Shown piece by piece: positions 48,892 to 60,363 of a stretch of DNA of 64,000 nt. Below the pieces are notes generated by a model. The model had not been told where the DNA came from. It saw nothing but the letters and a program-made list of their open reading frames with translations, and did no database searches. Numbering within the stretch: the first letter of the stretch is position 1; each line of letters opens with the position of its first letter. This DNA comes from Minisyncoccia bacterium (GTDB lineage: Bacteria; Patescibacteriota; Minisyncoccia; Phycocordibacterales; UBA5272). The DNA lies in contig JBBSJU010000001.1 in NCBI GenBank assembly GCA_038256975.1, positions 59,087 through 123,086 on the forward strand. Direction: 5' to 3'. Position numbers and translations under genes: made by a program.

Positions 48892-49872
48892 ATGATCGAC
48901 GAATTTAAGAAAAATTTTAAAACAGCATATCTTGCAGAAGAGTATGTGCGATTAGAAAAGGAAGAGAGCGAACTCGAATCGCTGCTTGCAAACGATGTGT
49001 CTATGGGAGAGCTTGTATCTGAAGAAAAAGCACGCATAGCTTCACGTAAAAAAGAACTTCTATCTCAAATGCAACAGATTGTTGATAAAGATAAAGAAGA
49101 GGAGGAGATTCCGAAGGTTATTATCATGGAAATTGCTGCCGGTGCGGGAGGAGATGAATCAGCGCTTTTTGCACTCGATTTAACAACTATGTATACCGGC
49201 TTTGCTGAGACGAAAGGATGGACTACAAATATTGTAGATAGTTCGCTTTCAGATAATGGAGGCTACAAAGATGTGTCGATTGAAATTAAAGGAAAAGATG
49301 CCTATGAATATTTACGATACGAAACAGGAGTACATCGGGTACAACGTGTACCGGAAACAGAAAAAAACGGACGGGTGCACACTTCAACTGTAACGGTTGC
49401 GATTACTCCTGTGCGAGAAAAGTCGGTACTTGTAGTGCCTCCTGGTGATATTGAGATGGAAACATCACGTTCCGGCGGCGCGGGCGGGCAAAATGTGAAT
49501 AAAGTTGAAACCGCGGTGCGACTTATCCATAAGCCCACTGGTCTTGCGGTGCGGTGTACTATCGAACGAAGCCAGTTGAAGAACCGTGAACGAGCGATGC
49601 AAATGCTCTTGGCTAAACTCGAACAACTTAAGGCGGAGGATGAGGCAAAGAAATCTTCAGATGATAAACGTGCCCAAGTGGGAACAGGGAGTCGGTCTGA
49701 AAAGATTCGCACATACAATTATCTTCAGGATCGTATTACTGACCACAGAATTAAGGAGTCGTGGCACTCATTGCCGCGGATTATGGAAGGGCAGGCAGGA
49801 CCTATTTTTGAAGCACTTCGTGCGGCTGCTCAAAATGGAGGTGTTGGAAGCGCTGAAGAAAGTGAGGAATAA
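48892..49872 (+). CDS. prfA: peptide chain release factor 1
   Basis: GGQ motif ([18 protein letters not shown]); tripeptide anticodon region RVQRVPETE (PxT type, RF1-like); no frameshift site. Confidence 0.8.
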   Translation: MIDEFKKNFKTAYLAEEYVRLEKEESELESLLANDVSMGELVSEEKARIASRKKELLSQMQQIVDKDKEEEEIPKVIIMEIAAGAGGDESALFALDLTTMYTGFAETKGWTTNIVDSSLSDNGGYKDVSIEIKGKDAYEYLRYETGVHRVQRVPETEKNGRVHTSTVTVAITPVREKSVLVVPPGDIEMETSRSGGAGGQNVNKVETAVRLIHKPTGLAVRCTIERSQLKNRERAMQMLLAKLEQLKAEDEAKKSSDDKRAQVGTGSRSEKIRTYNYLQDRITDHRIKESWHSLPRIMEGQAGPIFEALRAAAQNGGVGSAEESEE

Positions 49873-49886
49873 GGTTTGGGAACACT

Positions 49887-50011
49887 GTCTGCGAAATACT
49901 TTTGAACCGTCGCATATGTTTTCGTGAAAATTGCTCATTCAGTAGAATGACCTACTGGGTGATTCTCGACCCGTCGGTCTGCGAAACACGGTTCAAAAGT
50001 ATTTCGCAGAC
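49887..50011 (+). repeat. family C copy 2 inside a 23-bp inverted repeat; candidate structured leader of rpsB
   Basis: GTCTGCGAAATACTTTTGAACCG ... CGGTTCAAAAGTATTTCGCAGAC encloses CTCATTCAGTAGAATGACCTACTGGGT. A proximal GTCTGCGAAA copy offers an alternative pairing. Confidence 0.45.
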
Positions 50012-50079
50012 GGCTTGAAAGTTGTCCATGTGAGCCTTGAATTTTGACAAGATATCTGATACTATTGCCCAATAATTAT

Positions 50080-50778
50080 ATGAACACACAGGGAACTCTT
50101 ATCGATGAAATGGTTGCTGCAGGGGCACATTACGGCTATACCCGCACCCGACGACACCCTTCAATTCGACAGTTTTTGTACGCTACAAAAGACCGTAGTG
50201 ATCTTATTGACCTGTCTAAAACATCTACACAGCTCGAAACAGTAATTAAAGTAATGGCAGACGCTATTCGCGGAGGAAAACAAATTCTTTTCTCTGGAAA
50301 TAAACCAGAAGCACAGCAAATCACAAAAGAGATTGCTCTTGCGCTCCGTATGCCGTATTCAACTAATCGATGGATTGGCGGAACTCTCACAAACTTTGGG
50401 GAAATTAAGAAGCGAATTGAAAAACTACAGGATCTTCTAGATAAAAAAGAAAAAGGGGAGCTTTCTGTATACACAAAAAAGGAGCGGTTACTTATTGACC
50501 GAAGTATTGAAAAAATGGATCAGAGTTTTGGCGGTCTCTCTGAAATGAAACAACTCCCGGCAGTGCTTTTTGTTGTTGACTCACTTGCTGAAGACACAGC
50601 GGTAAAAGAAGCAAACTTCATGCATATTCCTGTTATCTCTATCTCAAACACAGACTGTAATGTGAACATGATCGATTATCCTATTGTTGCAAACGATGCA
50701 TCACAATCGAGTCTTAAGTTCTTCTTGTCACATATCGAAAATGCGCTCAAAGACGCACGTACACCTGAAGCAAAGTAA
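50080..50778 (+). CDS. rpsB: 30S ribosomal protein S2
   Basis: MNTQGTLIDEMVAAGAHYGYTRTRRHPSIRQF...RWIGGTLTNF. Confidence 0.9.
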   Translation: MNTQGTLIDEMVAAGAHYGYTRTRRHPSIRQFLYATKDRSDLIDLSKTSTQLETVIKVMADAIRGGKQILFSGNKPEAQQITKEIALALRMPYSTNRWIGGTLTNFGEIKKRIEKLQDLLDKKEKGELSVYTKKERLLIDRSIEKMDQSFGGLSEMKQLPAVLFVVDSLAEDTAVKEANFMHIPVISISNTDCNVNMIDYPIVANDASQSSLKFFLSHIENALKDARTPEAK

Positions 50779-50801
50779 TTTTTGCGGTATAATACATTTC
50801 T

Positions 50802-51341
50802 ATGACTATTTCTATTGAAGCGGTAAAAGAACTTCGTGAGAAAACAGGTATTTCTATCGCAGAATGTCGTAAAGCACTTGAAGAAACACAAGGAGACATG
50901 GATAAGGCCCTTGAGTTTCTTAAAGAGAGAAGTGCAATTACTGCGGCCAAGAAGTCCGATCGAGAGCTCGGAAGTCATGCTGTCGCTGCGTATATTCATC
51001 CAACAGGAGGAATGGGAGTGCTTGTTGATTTGATGTGTGAGACAGATTTTGTTTCTCAGAACGAAGAAATCAAAGCCCTTGCAAAGGATATTGCTATGCA
51101 AGTTGCTTCGATGAACCCTCTTGTTGTTAAACGAGAAGATATCACAGAGGATATGATGGCAACACTCAAGGCCGAGCTCGAAGAAGGTGGTGATATCGAA
51201 GCAAAGATAAAAGAAGTTACACTTTTTGAACAGCCGTTCATTAAAAATCCTGAAATGACCGTTCAAAACCTTGTTGCGCAAGCGATTCAAAAATTTGGAG
51301 AGAATGTTGTCGTGGCTCACATGACTCGCTACGGTAACTAG
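50802..51341 (+). CDS. tsf: elongation factor Ts (short form)
   Basis: MTISIEAVKELREKTGISIAECRKALEETQGDMDKALEFLKE (UBA-like N-terminus). Confidence 0.85.
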   Translation: MTISIEAVKELREKTGISIAECRKALEETQGDMDKALEFLKERSAITAAKKSDRELGSHAVAAYIHPTGGMGVLVDLMCETDFVSQNEEIKALAKDIAMQVASMNPLVVKREDITEDMMATLKAELEEGGDIEAKIKEVTLFEQPFIKNPEMTVQNLVAQAIQKFGENVVVAHMTRYGN

Positions 51342-51359
51342 TGAGTCCGACAACACAGT

Positions 51360-51749
51360 ATGCTTCCATATATTTTTATTGGGTGCGGCATCGCGGTATT
51401 GGTTACTCTATCTGTAATGCTTACTCGGCGTGCGAAAGTTGTTGAGGTGGGCACCGTAGAAGAATTATACGGTGAATATGGAGGTCTGGGAGAAGTGTAT
51501 ATGTATCTGTACTCAATATACAGGAACATTTTACGGACTGCTGATGGACTTAAAAAACTTGCATTTCAGTATATTTTCCATATACTAGTTCGAGTACTCT
51601 ATTACGTAAAAGATTTCTCAAATGGCGCGTACGCATTTGCTAGAAACCAGTTCGTGAAAAATGCGGTGAAGAGTAAGGTTTCGGTCTCATTTTTTTGGAC
51701 TCATTTAAAAGAGTATAAAAAACAGATTGAGAAGGAACAAAAAGGATAG
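51360..51749 (+). CDS. hypothetical protein
   Basis: One N-terminal TM helix; 129 aa, Tyr-rich. Confidence 0.35.
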   Translation: MLPYIFIGCGIAVLVTLSVMLTRRAKVVEVGTVEELYGEYGGLGEVYMYLYSIYRNILRTADGLKKLAFQYIFHILVRVLYYVKDFSNGAYAFARNQFVKNAVKSKVSVSFFWTHLKEYKKQIEKEQKG

Positions 51750-51756
51750 CCAAGTC

Positions 51757-51832
51757 GCCGCTTTAGCTCAGTTGGTAGAGCAACGGTTTTGTAAACCGTA
51801 GGTCGTCAGTTCGAATCTGACAAGCGGCTCCA
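51757..51832 (+). tRNA. tRNA-Thr (anticodon UGU), CCA encoded
   Basis: GCCGCTTTAGCTCAGTTGGTAGAGC...; anticodon loop UUUGUAA; T-arm GTTCGAATC. Confidence 0.85.
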
Positions 51833-51835
51833 AAA

Positions 51836-51868
51836 AGAAAAACACCCGTACGGGTGTTTTTCTTTTTG
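51836..51868. terminator. bidirectional intrinsic terminator
   Basis: AAAAACACCCGTACGGGTGTTTTTCTTTTT. Confidence 0.7.
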
Positions 51869-51878
51869 ATATGTTTTT

Positions 51879-52553
51879 CTACTTCTTTTTGGGTGTGCTT
51901 GTTGCGGTAGTTGATGTGGCACGGAGAGACTGGGGAAGAAGGGCGTTCATCTCCTCAAGTGATTTGAATCCATAGTATGTCTTACCTTGAATTACGAAGG
52001 CGGGGAGGGTATTTTCTACCTTATAGACACTTAAGAGTGTTTTGATAGCAGACAGGTCGAGTTCGGCATCAAACGAGTACACACGAAGGTCAGGGTAGTT
52101 TTTACGGACCTCGGTGAGTACATACCCCTGATTTTCACAGGTAGGGCAATTTTCCTTATTTCCGTATAAGTAGATAAGAAAGACCGTCCTTTTGCTACAT
52201 GTTTCAGAAAGGCGTTTACTTAGAAGATAGTCTTTAATTTGCAGAAGTGAATAGTATTGTTTCAAGTACAACGTCTCACTGTCTGCGATACCTCGTTCGC
52301 TTTCAAGTCGAGTGAGTTTGTCACCAAGTGTGCCGAGTTCACCAGAGAGGATTGATTTATCAACATCATTGCATTGTACTTCGCGTAAAAGATCAAATTG
52401 AGTTTCTGATGAAAGAATGTCAAGCGCGATGCGTTGTTCGATCGATTTAATATTTTCTGTTTTTTTATTGCTTAGATAATCAGAAAGAAGAAATGCGCCC
52501 CCGAAGATACTTGCGGTAATAATGAATGAAAGAATGTATTTTGAAAATTGCAT
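51879..52553 (-). CDS. membrane-anchored thioredoxin-fold protein (DsbA/thioredoxin-like, CxxC)
   Basis: N-terminal TM helix; KENCPTCENQ CxxC motif; 224 aa. Confidence 0.45.
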   Translation of the reverse strand: MQFSKYILSFIITASIFGGAFLLSDYLSNKKTENIKSIEQRIALDILSSETQFDLLREVQCNDVDKSILSGELGTLGDKLTRLESERGIADSETLYLKQYYSLLQIKDYLLSKRLSETCSKRTVFLIYLYGNKENCPTCENQGYVLTEVRKNYPDLRVYSFDAELDLSAIKTLLSVYKVENTLPAFVIQGKTYYGFKSLEEMNALLPQSLRATSTTATSTPKKK

Positions 52554-52662
52554 GATTGTAATTATGAATTATTTTTTGTAAACCCGTCACTCATAAGTAG
52601 TTTTTCTCTGCCAGACCTTACCCTACCCAAAGAAAAACTACTTATTCGTTTTTTGCATACTA

Positions 52663-53895
52663 TTACCTCCAACTATTATGCTTTCCACGCAAAAGGTCAA
52701 TACCTGCGCGCCAGAGCCAAAAAGGAGCAAGAATCGGGTAAACCACAAAGAACGATACAAGCTCTAAGAGCGAGCCTCGTTCGCGGGTCATGCGAATGCC
52801 AAAACTAATGAGAGTAAGGGTGATAATAAGAAGCAGGGTTGCAAGAAGCGATAAGGTGCTTGTGTTTACGTAGAACCAGTCAAAATTAAAGTCAGGTGTC
52901 GTAATTCCTGTTATCCCTACTTTTCCTACTTGTTCCCCAATCCATTGGCTCAAATTTATAATTGAGTACATGCTTATAAAAAGTGCGATGAAGTAATAAA
53001 CAACTGCCATAGGGAGAATAAGTATACCGAGGTGTCCGTACTGAATCCTAAAGAAAAGTTCCCGATAGTCTATGAGATTGAGAAGATTTCCTTGTACCCA
53101 ACGAAGTCGTTGGCGAAATAGAGTATACGGTGTTGCAGGAGTTGTCGTATATACAAACGCGCGTGGTGCATTGCCTATTTTGTAGCCATGTTTATGCATA
53201 CGGAGTGCAATTTCGAAGTCTTCAGTATTGTATGCCTTTTTGTAGAGTCCAAGATCTTCGAACACTTTTCTTCGGAATATAGAGAAAGGTCCTGGAGTTA
53301 CTTGAATAGCGCTTAAATCACCAAATATGCGCTTAAGGAGGGCTCCAACAGTGTATTCAATCTTTTGTGCGCGCTGTATGAAAGTCTTCGGGGACTTCAC
53401 AATCATACAAGGGGTCACCGCCATCATGTCGGGATTTTGAAATACTGTAACTATTTCCTGCAATGCATCAGGGTGTACAAAGGAGTCAGCATCAAGACAT
53501 CCAACGAGTTCTGCTCTAGTTTGGTTGATCCCAAAATTTACTGCCGTGTGCTTACCCCCATTTTCTTTGCTGAATATTTTTATTTGGGGCTCGTGTTCAA
53601 ACTCTTTGGAAATCGAGAGAGTATTGTCAGTGCTCCCATCGTCTATAACAAGGATTTCAAGTTTGTCTTTCGGGTAGTTGAGAGCAAGAAGGCTTTCAAG
53701 GGTTCCACGAAGCGTTCGCTCCTCGTTCCATACGGGTACAATAATGCAAACTGAAAAAAGAGTTGGACCTCCTTTCTTTGCTTTTGTGAGTTTATTGTCT
53801 TTCTTTTCAAAAAAGGTAATCAAAAGAAACACCTGAAAGAAGAGGGAAATGAAGATAATCCCGAGAATAATGACTTCCGGCGCACCTGAAAACAT
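52663..53895 (-). CDS. processive family 2 glycosyltransferase (cellulose/chitin/PNAG-synthase-like)
   Basis: IIVPVWNEE...VIDDGSTDNT (DxD region) and QRLRWVQGNL (QxxRW) plus C-terminal TM helices. Confidence 0.8.
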   Translation of the reverse strand: MFSGAPEVIILGIIFISLFFQVFLLITFFEKKDNKLTKAKKGGPTLFSVCIIVPVWNEERTLRGTLESLLALNYPKDKLEILVIDDGSTDNTLSISKEFEHEPQIKIFSKENGGKHTAVNFGINQTRAELVGCLDADSFVHPDALQEIVTVFQNPDMMAVTPCMIVKSPKTFIQRAQKIEYTVGALLKRIFGDLSAIQVTPGPFSIFRRKVFEDLGLYKKAYNTEDFEIALRMHKHGYKIGNAPRAFVYTTTPATPYTLFRQRLRWVQGNLLNLIDYRELFFRIQYGHLGILILPMAVVYYFIALFISMYSIINLSQWIGEQVGKVGITGITTPDFNFDWFYVNTSTLSLLATLLLIITLTLISFGIRMTRERGSLLELVSFFVVYPILAPFWLWRAGIDLLRGKHNSWR

Positions 53896-54004
53896 GTAGG
53901 GAACTATAGCATAATTTTGACATTTTTCAATTTCATGTTGACTTTGAATTCTTTGTGTAGTACGAATGTATTACCGCCCGAAGGGGTTTAAGGGGAGAGA
54001 TACC

Positions 54005-54196
54005 GTGAGGCAAGGAGTGTTCCAGAATGAAAAAGGCCAATGGATCCACTGGATTCATCTTGACGAAGGGTGGATTCCTGGAGGACATGGCTGGGTTAGT
54101 CAGGCTGAGATTGGTCAGGAGAATTGTTGGCACAAATTGATTGACTTCCCAACTTTGTTTGCCGAGCGCAAGAAGGAAGCAAAAGGAACCATTTGA
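54005..54196 (+). CDS. possible small Trp-rich protein in its own promoter-terminator unit
   Basis: AAGGGGAG 7 nt before GTG. An in-frame ATG at 53966 would give 76 aa, otherwise 63 aa. Followed by the hairpin ATACCGGTGCGC aag GCGCACCGGTAT. Confidence 0.3.
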   Translation: MRQGVFQNEKGQWIHWIHLDEGWIPGGHGWVSQAEIGQENCWHKLIDFPTLFAERKKEAKGTI

Positions 54197-54266
54197 TGTC
54201 GGATACCGGTGCGCAAGGCGCACCGGTATTTATATTCAAAACTTTTCTGTATGTTAGTATAGAAAA

Positions 54267-55001
54267 ATGGAACAAAAAGGGCATTTGCACCCACTTTCAA
54301 TACTGATAAATGATATTACACAAGCGGGGGTAAAGCTCGGCTTTGATATTGTAGATGGTCCAGAACTTGAACAGGAAAAGTACAATTTCGACATGCTCAA
54401 CATTCCTTCATGGCATCCGGCACGGGACATGTGGGATACCTTTTGGGTCAAAACACTTGCAGAAAAAGGGAGACGAGTAATGCGCACCCATACATCATCT
54501 GTCCAGCCGCGATATATGGAGAGTCATACGCCGCCATTTGCAGTACTTGTGCCTGGTAAAGTTTTTCGCTACGAACCAACAGACGCAACGCACGAAGCGC
54601 AGTTTTTCCAGCTCGATGGTTTTATGGTTGGCAAAGATGTTTCTGTTGCCACAATGAAATCTTTTTTCGCTCAATTCTTTAGTGAGCTTTTTAAGAAAGA
54701 AATTAACGTCCGGATGCGTCCAAGTTATTTTCCATTTGTTGAGCCTGGCGTTGAGGTTGATATGAGTTGTTTCAAGTGCGGAGGAAGTGGCTGTAATACA
54801 TGTAAACATACAGGTTGGATAGAAATTATGGGAGCAGGGATGATTCATCCGAAAGTACTCGTTGCGTGTGGGCTTAATCCTGAAGAGTGGCAAGGGTTTG
54901 CGTTTGGTGTGGGAATAGACCGTATTGCCATGATGAAATATGGCATTGATGATGTCCGGCATTTATATAATGGTGATGTGCGTGTATCGGCACAATTTTA
55001 G
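54267..55001 (+). CDS. pheS: phenylalanine--tRNA ligase alpha subunit (catalytic core only, no N-terminal coiled coil)
   Basis: Class II motifs FRYEPTDATHEAQFFQLDG, MRPSYFPFVEPG, GWIEIMGAGMIHP; 244 aa. Confidence 0.85.
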   Translation: MEQKGHLHPLSILINDITQAGVKLGFDIVDGPELEQEKYNFDMLNIPSWHPARDMWDTFWVKTLAEKGRRVMRTHTSSVQPRYMESHTPPFAVLVPGKVFRYEPTDATHEAQFFQLDGFMVGKDVSVATMKSFFAQFFSELFKKEINVRMRPSYFPFVEPGVEVDMSCFKCGGSGCNTCKHTGWIEIMGAGMIHPKVLVACGLNPEEWQGFAFGVGIDRIAMMKYGIDDVRHLYNGDVRVSAQF

Positions 55002-55004
55002 AAT

Positions 55005-56924
55005 ATGAAAGTCTACACAGAAGTTTTAAAACAATTCATTTCTGATTTACCTGACACAGAAACCTTGAAGTCGGTACTGACGAATCATGCTTTTGAAGTT
55101 GAAGAAGTTATCAAAAAAGAAAAAGGGGATGCTATTGATTTGAAAGTGCTTCCTGACCGTGCACACGACGCACTCTCTCACCGTGGTGTGGCACGCGAGA
55201 TAGCGACACACACAGGTAAAAAGTTTAACGAAGTTGCAACACAGACGCTCACTCCAACTACGGAAGTTTCTTCTGTTCCTGTTCGTGTTGAGAGCGAACT
55301 TTGCCATCGGTACATGGCTCTACGAATAGAGAATGTCTCTGTGGCTAAATCTCCTGCATGGCTTTCTGAAATACTTGGTGTGCTTGATCAAAAAAGTATT
55401 AACACGTTAGTTGATCTAACTAACTATATACTTTTTGAGCTTGGGCAGCCGATGCATGTGTTTGATGCAGAAAAAGTAAAGGGTGCAATTACGGTGCGTA
55501 CGGCACGCGCAGGCGAGACAATGACAACGCTCGATAATAAGGAGCTTACTCTTACTGAAGAGATGTTGGTGATTGCTGATGATGAGGCTGTGCTCGCACT
55601 TGCGGGAATTAAAGGCGGGAAAAAAGCGGAAGTAGATGCGAACACAAAATCTATTATTCTTGAATGCGCAAATTTTGATTCTATTTCGGTGCGTAGAAGC
55701 GCATTTAAAGTTGGTATTCGTACTGATGCTTCAAAACGATTTGAAAATAATTATCCTTCTCTATGGGCAGAGCAGACGCTTTTGCGATATGTGTATTTAT
55801 TGCAAAAAGAACAACCAGACATTTCCTACGGAGAAGTCACTGATATATATCCAAATCCAAAGATGTCGTTTCTCGCAACAATAACAACCAAACGAACAAA
55901 CGAATGGCTGGGGACGCAGCTTTCTTCAAGTGAGATTTCTGAGATACTTACAAAACTTCATTTGGAACACGTACAAAAAGACGAGGGTGTTTTTGAGGTA
56001 ACATGTAACGACAATTTATTTAATATCCGAAGCGTTGATGATCAAAAGTACGTTTCATATCAAATCATTGGGCACATTGGACGAGTGCTTGGCTATGATG
56101 CAGGCATACAAGAAAAAGAATACATGCCTCTCAAGCCACGAGGGCAAGTTGTGCCGTATATTACAGAAACTGATCGAATACGAAACGAGCTTGTGGCACG
56201 AGGATTTGTGGAAGTGCGTACTTACCATTTTCAGAATGAAGGCGAAGAGGAGCTTGAAAATCCAATCGCAAATGATAAAAAGTTTATTCGTTCAAATTTG
56301 TATCTGGGTATGAGCGAGGCGCTCACAAAAGCAACATACAACGCACCGCTTCTTGGACGAACCGATATTTTTATTTTTGAAATAGGAACGGTTGTAACGA
56401 AAGAAAAAGGAGAAGTTATACATTTGGCACTTGCTGGATTTAAGCAAAATCAAAAGAAACAAAAAGTAATTGATGTCCTCAAACAAACCTTGAGCGAAAT
56501 CGGTCTCGATACAAATGTCGAAAAAGAAACAGAGAATTATATAGAAGTAGTAATTTCTGCCCACAATGAACTTTTTGAAGCAGCACAAGATGTTGTAGAT
56601 CTTGTACATGAATCACAATATGTGAATTGGAAACCGCTTTCTGTGTATCCTTTTATGACTCGAGATATTGCCTTTTTTGTTTCTGAAGAAGCGAAACAAA
56701 AAGACCTACAAGAGATTTTTCTTTTATGGGCAGGTGCGCTTTGTGTGCGAGTAGATATGTTTGATGAATTTGAAAAAACGCTTGAGGATGGAACTAAGAA
56801 ACTCTCTCAAGCCTACCGACTTGTGTTTCAGTCGCAAGAAAAAACACTCACGGATGACGAGGTGAATGTGTGTATGCAAAACGTTGAAAGAGAAATCGAA
56901 TCTCTTGGATGTGAAGTTCGTTAA
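55005..56924 (+). CDS. pheT: phenylalanine--tRNA ligase beta subunit (short form)
   Basis: Immediately follows pheS; B3/B4- and B5-like regions; 639 aa. Confidence 0.75.
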   Translation: MKVYTEVLKQFISDLPDTETLKSVLTNHAFEVEEVIKKEKGDAIDLKVLPDRAHDALSHRGVAREIATHTGKKFNEVATQTLTPTTEVSSVPVRVESELCHRYMALRIENVSVAKSPAWLSEILGVLDQKSINTLVDLTNYILFELGQPMHVFDAEKVKGAITVRTARAGETMTTLDNKELTLTEEMLVIADDEAVLALAGIKGGKKAEVDANTKSIILECANFDSISVRRSAFKVGIRTDASKRFENNYPSLWAEQTLLRYVYLLQKEQPDISYGEVTDIYPNPKMSFLATITTKRTNEWLGTQLSSSEISEILTKLHLEHVQKDEGVFEVTCNDNLFNIRSVDDQKYVSYQIIGHIGRVLGYDAGIQEKEYMPLKPRGQVVPYITETDRIRNELVARGFVEVRTYHFQNEGEEELENPIANDKKFIRSNLYLGMSEALTKATYNAPLLGRTDIFIFEIGTVVTKEKGEVIHLALAGFKQNQKKQKVIDVLKQTLSEIGLDTNVEKETENYIEVVISAHNELFEAAQDVVDLVHESQYVNWKPLSVYPFMTRDIAFFVSEEAKQKDLQEIFLLWAGALCVRVDMFDEFEKTLEDGTKKLSQAYRLVFQSQEKTLTDDEVNVCMQNVEREIESLGCEVR

Positions 56925-56933
56925 TATTAGTGT

Positions 56934-57611
56934 ATGAAGCTTGTTATTTTAGCAGCAGGAAAGGGAACACGAATGGGGGAACTGACAAAAGATACTCCCA
57001 AGCCGATGCTTAAAGTTCTTGGTAAAAATTTAATAGAACATAAACTTGAGGCAACGCCACTTGAACAGATTTCAGAAATTGTTCTTGTTGTTGGGTATTT
57101 GCAACATGTGATTCGTGATTATTTTGGATCTGAGTATAAAGGCGTTTCTATTACCTATATCGAAGACACACTTCAAGGCACTGGAAAAGCAGTATGGAAC
57201 GCAAAGCATGTACTTAATGAACCATTTTTAGTGATGATGGGAGATGACATGTATCACACAGATGATATTGCAATGATTTTAAGAACAAAGGGTGGCATTC
57301 TCCTTGATCGTGTAAAGAAGGAAACAAAAAGCGGAAAAGTTATTATTCAAAATCATGGCATTGTAGATGTTGTTGAAGGTGCAATACTGCAACCAGGCGA
57401 ACCTATTAATGCAGCTCTTTATCATCTGACTCCAGAAATTTTTAATTTTGAATTAGTGAAATTAACAGATCGAGAAAACGAGTGGGGACTTCCACAGACA
57501 ATCATCCCACATAAAGACGAGTACATTCTTACTCCTGTATATGCTACTTGCTGGATACAAATTACTGCGCCAGAGGATATAGAAAAAGCGGAACGGGAAT
57601 TGGAAAAATAA
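56934..57611 (+). CDS. sugar-phosphate nucleotidyltransferase
   Basis: MKLVILAAGKGTRMGELTKDTPKPMLKV (G-x-G-T-R-x nucleotide-binding signature). Confidence 0.75.
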   Translation: MKLVILAAGKGTRMGELTKDTPKPMLKVLGKNLIEHKLEATPLEQISEIVLVVGYLQHVIRDYFGSEYKGVSITYIEDTLQGTGKAVWNAKHVLNEPFLVMMGDDMYHTDDIAMILRTKGGILLDRVKKETKSGKVIIQNHGIVDVVEGAILQPGEPINAALYHLTPEIFNFELVKLTDRENEWGLPQTIIPHKDEYILTPVYATCWIQITAPEDIEKAERELEK

Positions 57612-57656
57612 AATTTATAAAGCGCTACGTAGAGACCAGTTGACACTGGTATTTTT

Positions 57657-58130
57657 TTGTTGTATGAATTAACATATCAACCGCACGGAGCGGCAGGAGT
57701 TCTTTATATGATGAAGGTCCATGCGTGGCTTTTAAACTATGTCCAAAAATTTGTAGATTGGGCCGCACGGCAAGGCCTCGACCTCTTTTGTGTTGTCAAT
57801 ATTGTGTTGACTACTCATGTGGTCATTTCCGCTTTCGCTATTCCTACACAGTCAGTCCTTTCGAAGATGTCTTGGGTTCTGATGTTCTCCATTAATTACT
57901 CAGTATGGCGTATGGACATGCCTCGAATTAAGCCAGGGCATGTTAATCCAAGGAAACTTGTTCGTGGATGGTCTATACTTTCTCTCTGGTTTCTTTTTCT
58001 GAGTATTGTGCCTCCAATAAGTATTCTTTCACTACAATTTATGTCATTGAGTTTGTTTTTTCTTATTTCGCAATGCGACTACATTGAGCCACGGTTGCGA
58101 CAAAAGAAACGAAAAGAAGCTTTCGCATAG
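57657..58130 (+). CDS. hypothetical membrane protein
   Basis: Hydrophobic ORF between two terminators; start uncertain. Confidence 0.3.
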   Translation: MLYELTYQPHGAAGVLYMMKVHAWLLNYVQKFVDWAARQGLDLFCVVNIVLTTHVVISAFAIPTQSVLSKMSWVLMFSINYSVWRMDMPRIKPGHVNPRKLVRGWSILSLWFLFLSIVPPISILSLQFMSLSLFFLISQCDYIEPRLRQKKRKEAFA

Positions 58131-58266
58131 ATTACCACCCCTACCGCCCACTTGCACAAAAACCGTGCTTGGAGGGCGGTTTTTGTTTTAGCCTAAATAA
58201 GTCGTCTGCTTTGCAAGAAATACCCTTGATTGTCAATGAAAAACAATGTTTTTTGTGGTATACTAG

Positions 58267-60303
<2,037 letters not shown>

Positions 60304-60314
60304 GAATTAAAATA

Positions 60315-60350
60315 GAAATAAAGCCGTACAATTTTGTACGGCTTTATTTC
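60315..60350. terminator. bidirectional intrinsic terminator
   Basis: GAAATAAAGCCGTACA attt TGTACGGCTTTATTTC between convergent gyrB and thrS. Confidence 0.7.
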
Positions 60351-60363
60351 TATTAGTGTTGTC

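Noticed and set aside
48892-49872. RF2-type programmed +1 frameshift in the release-factor gene
   Set aside because: A single uninterrupted ORF with a PxT-type (PET) motif indicates RF1. No internal in-frame UGA or CUU-UGA site.
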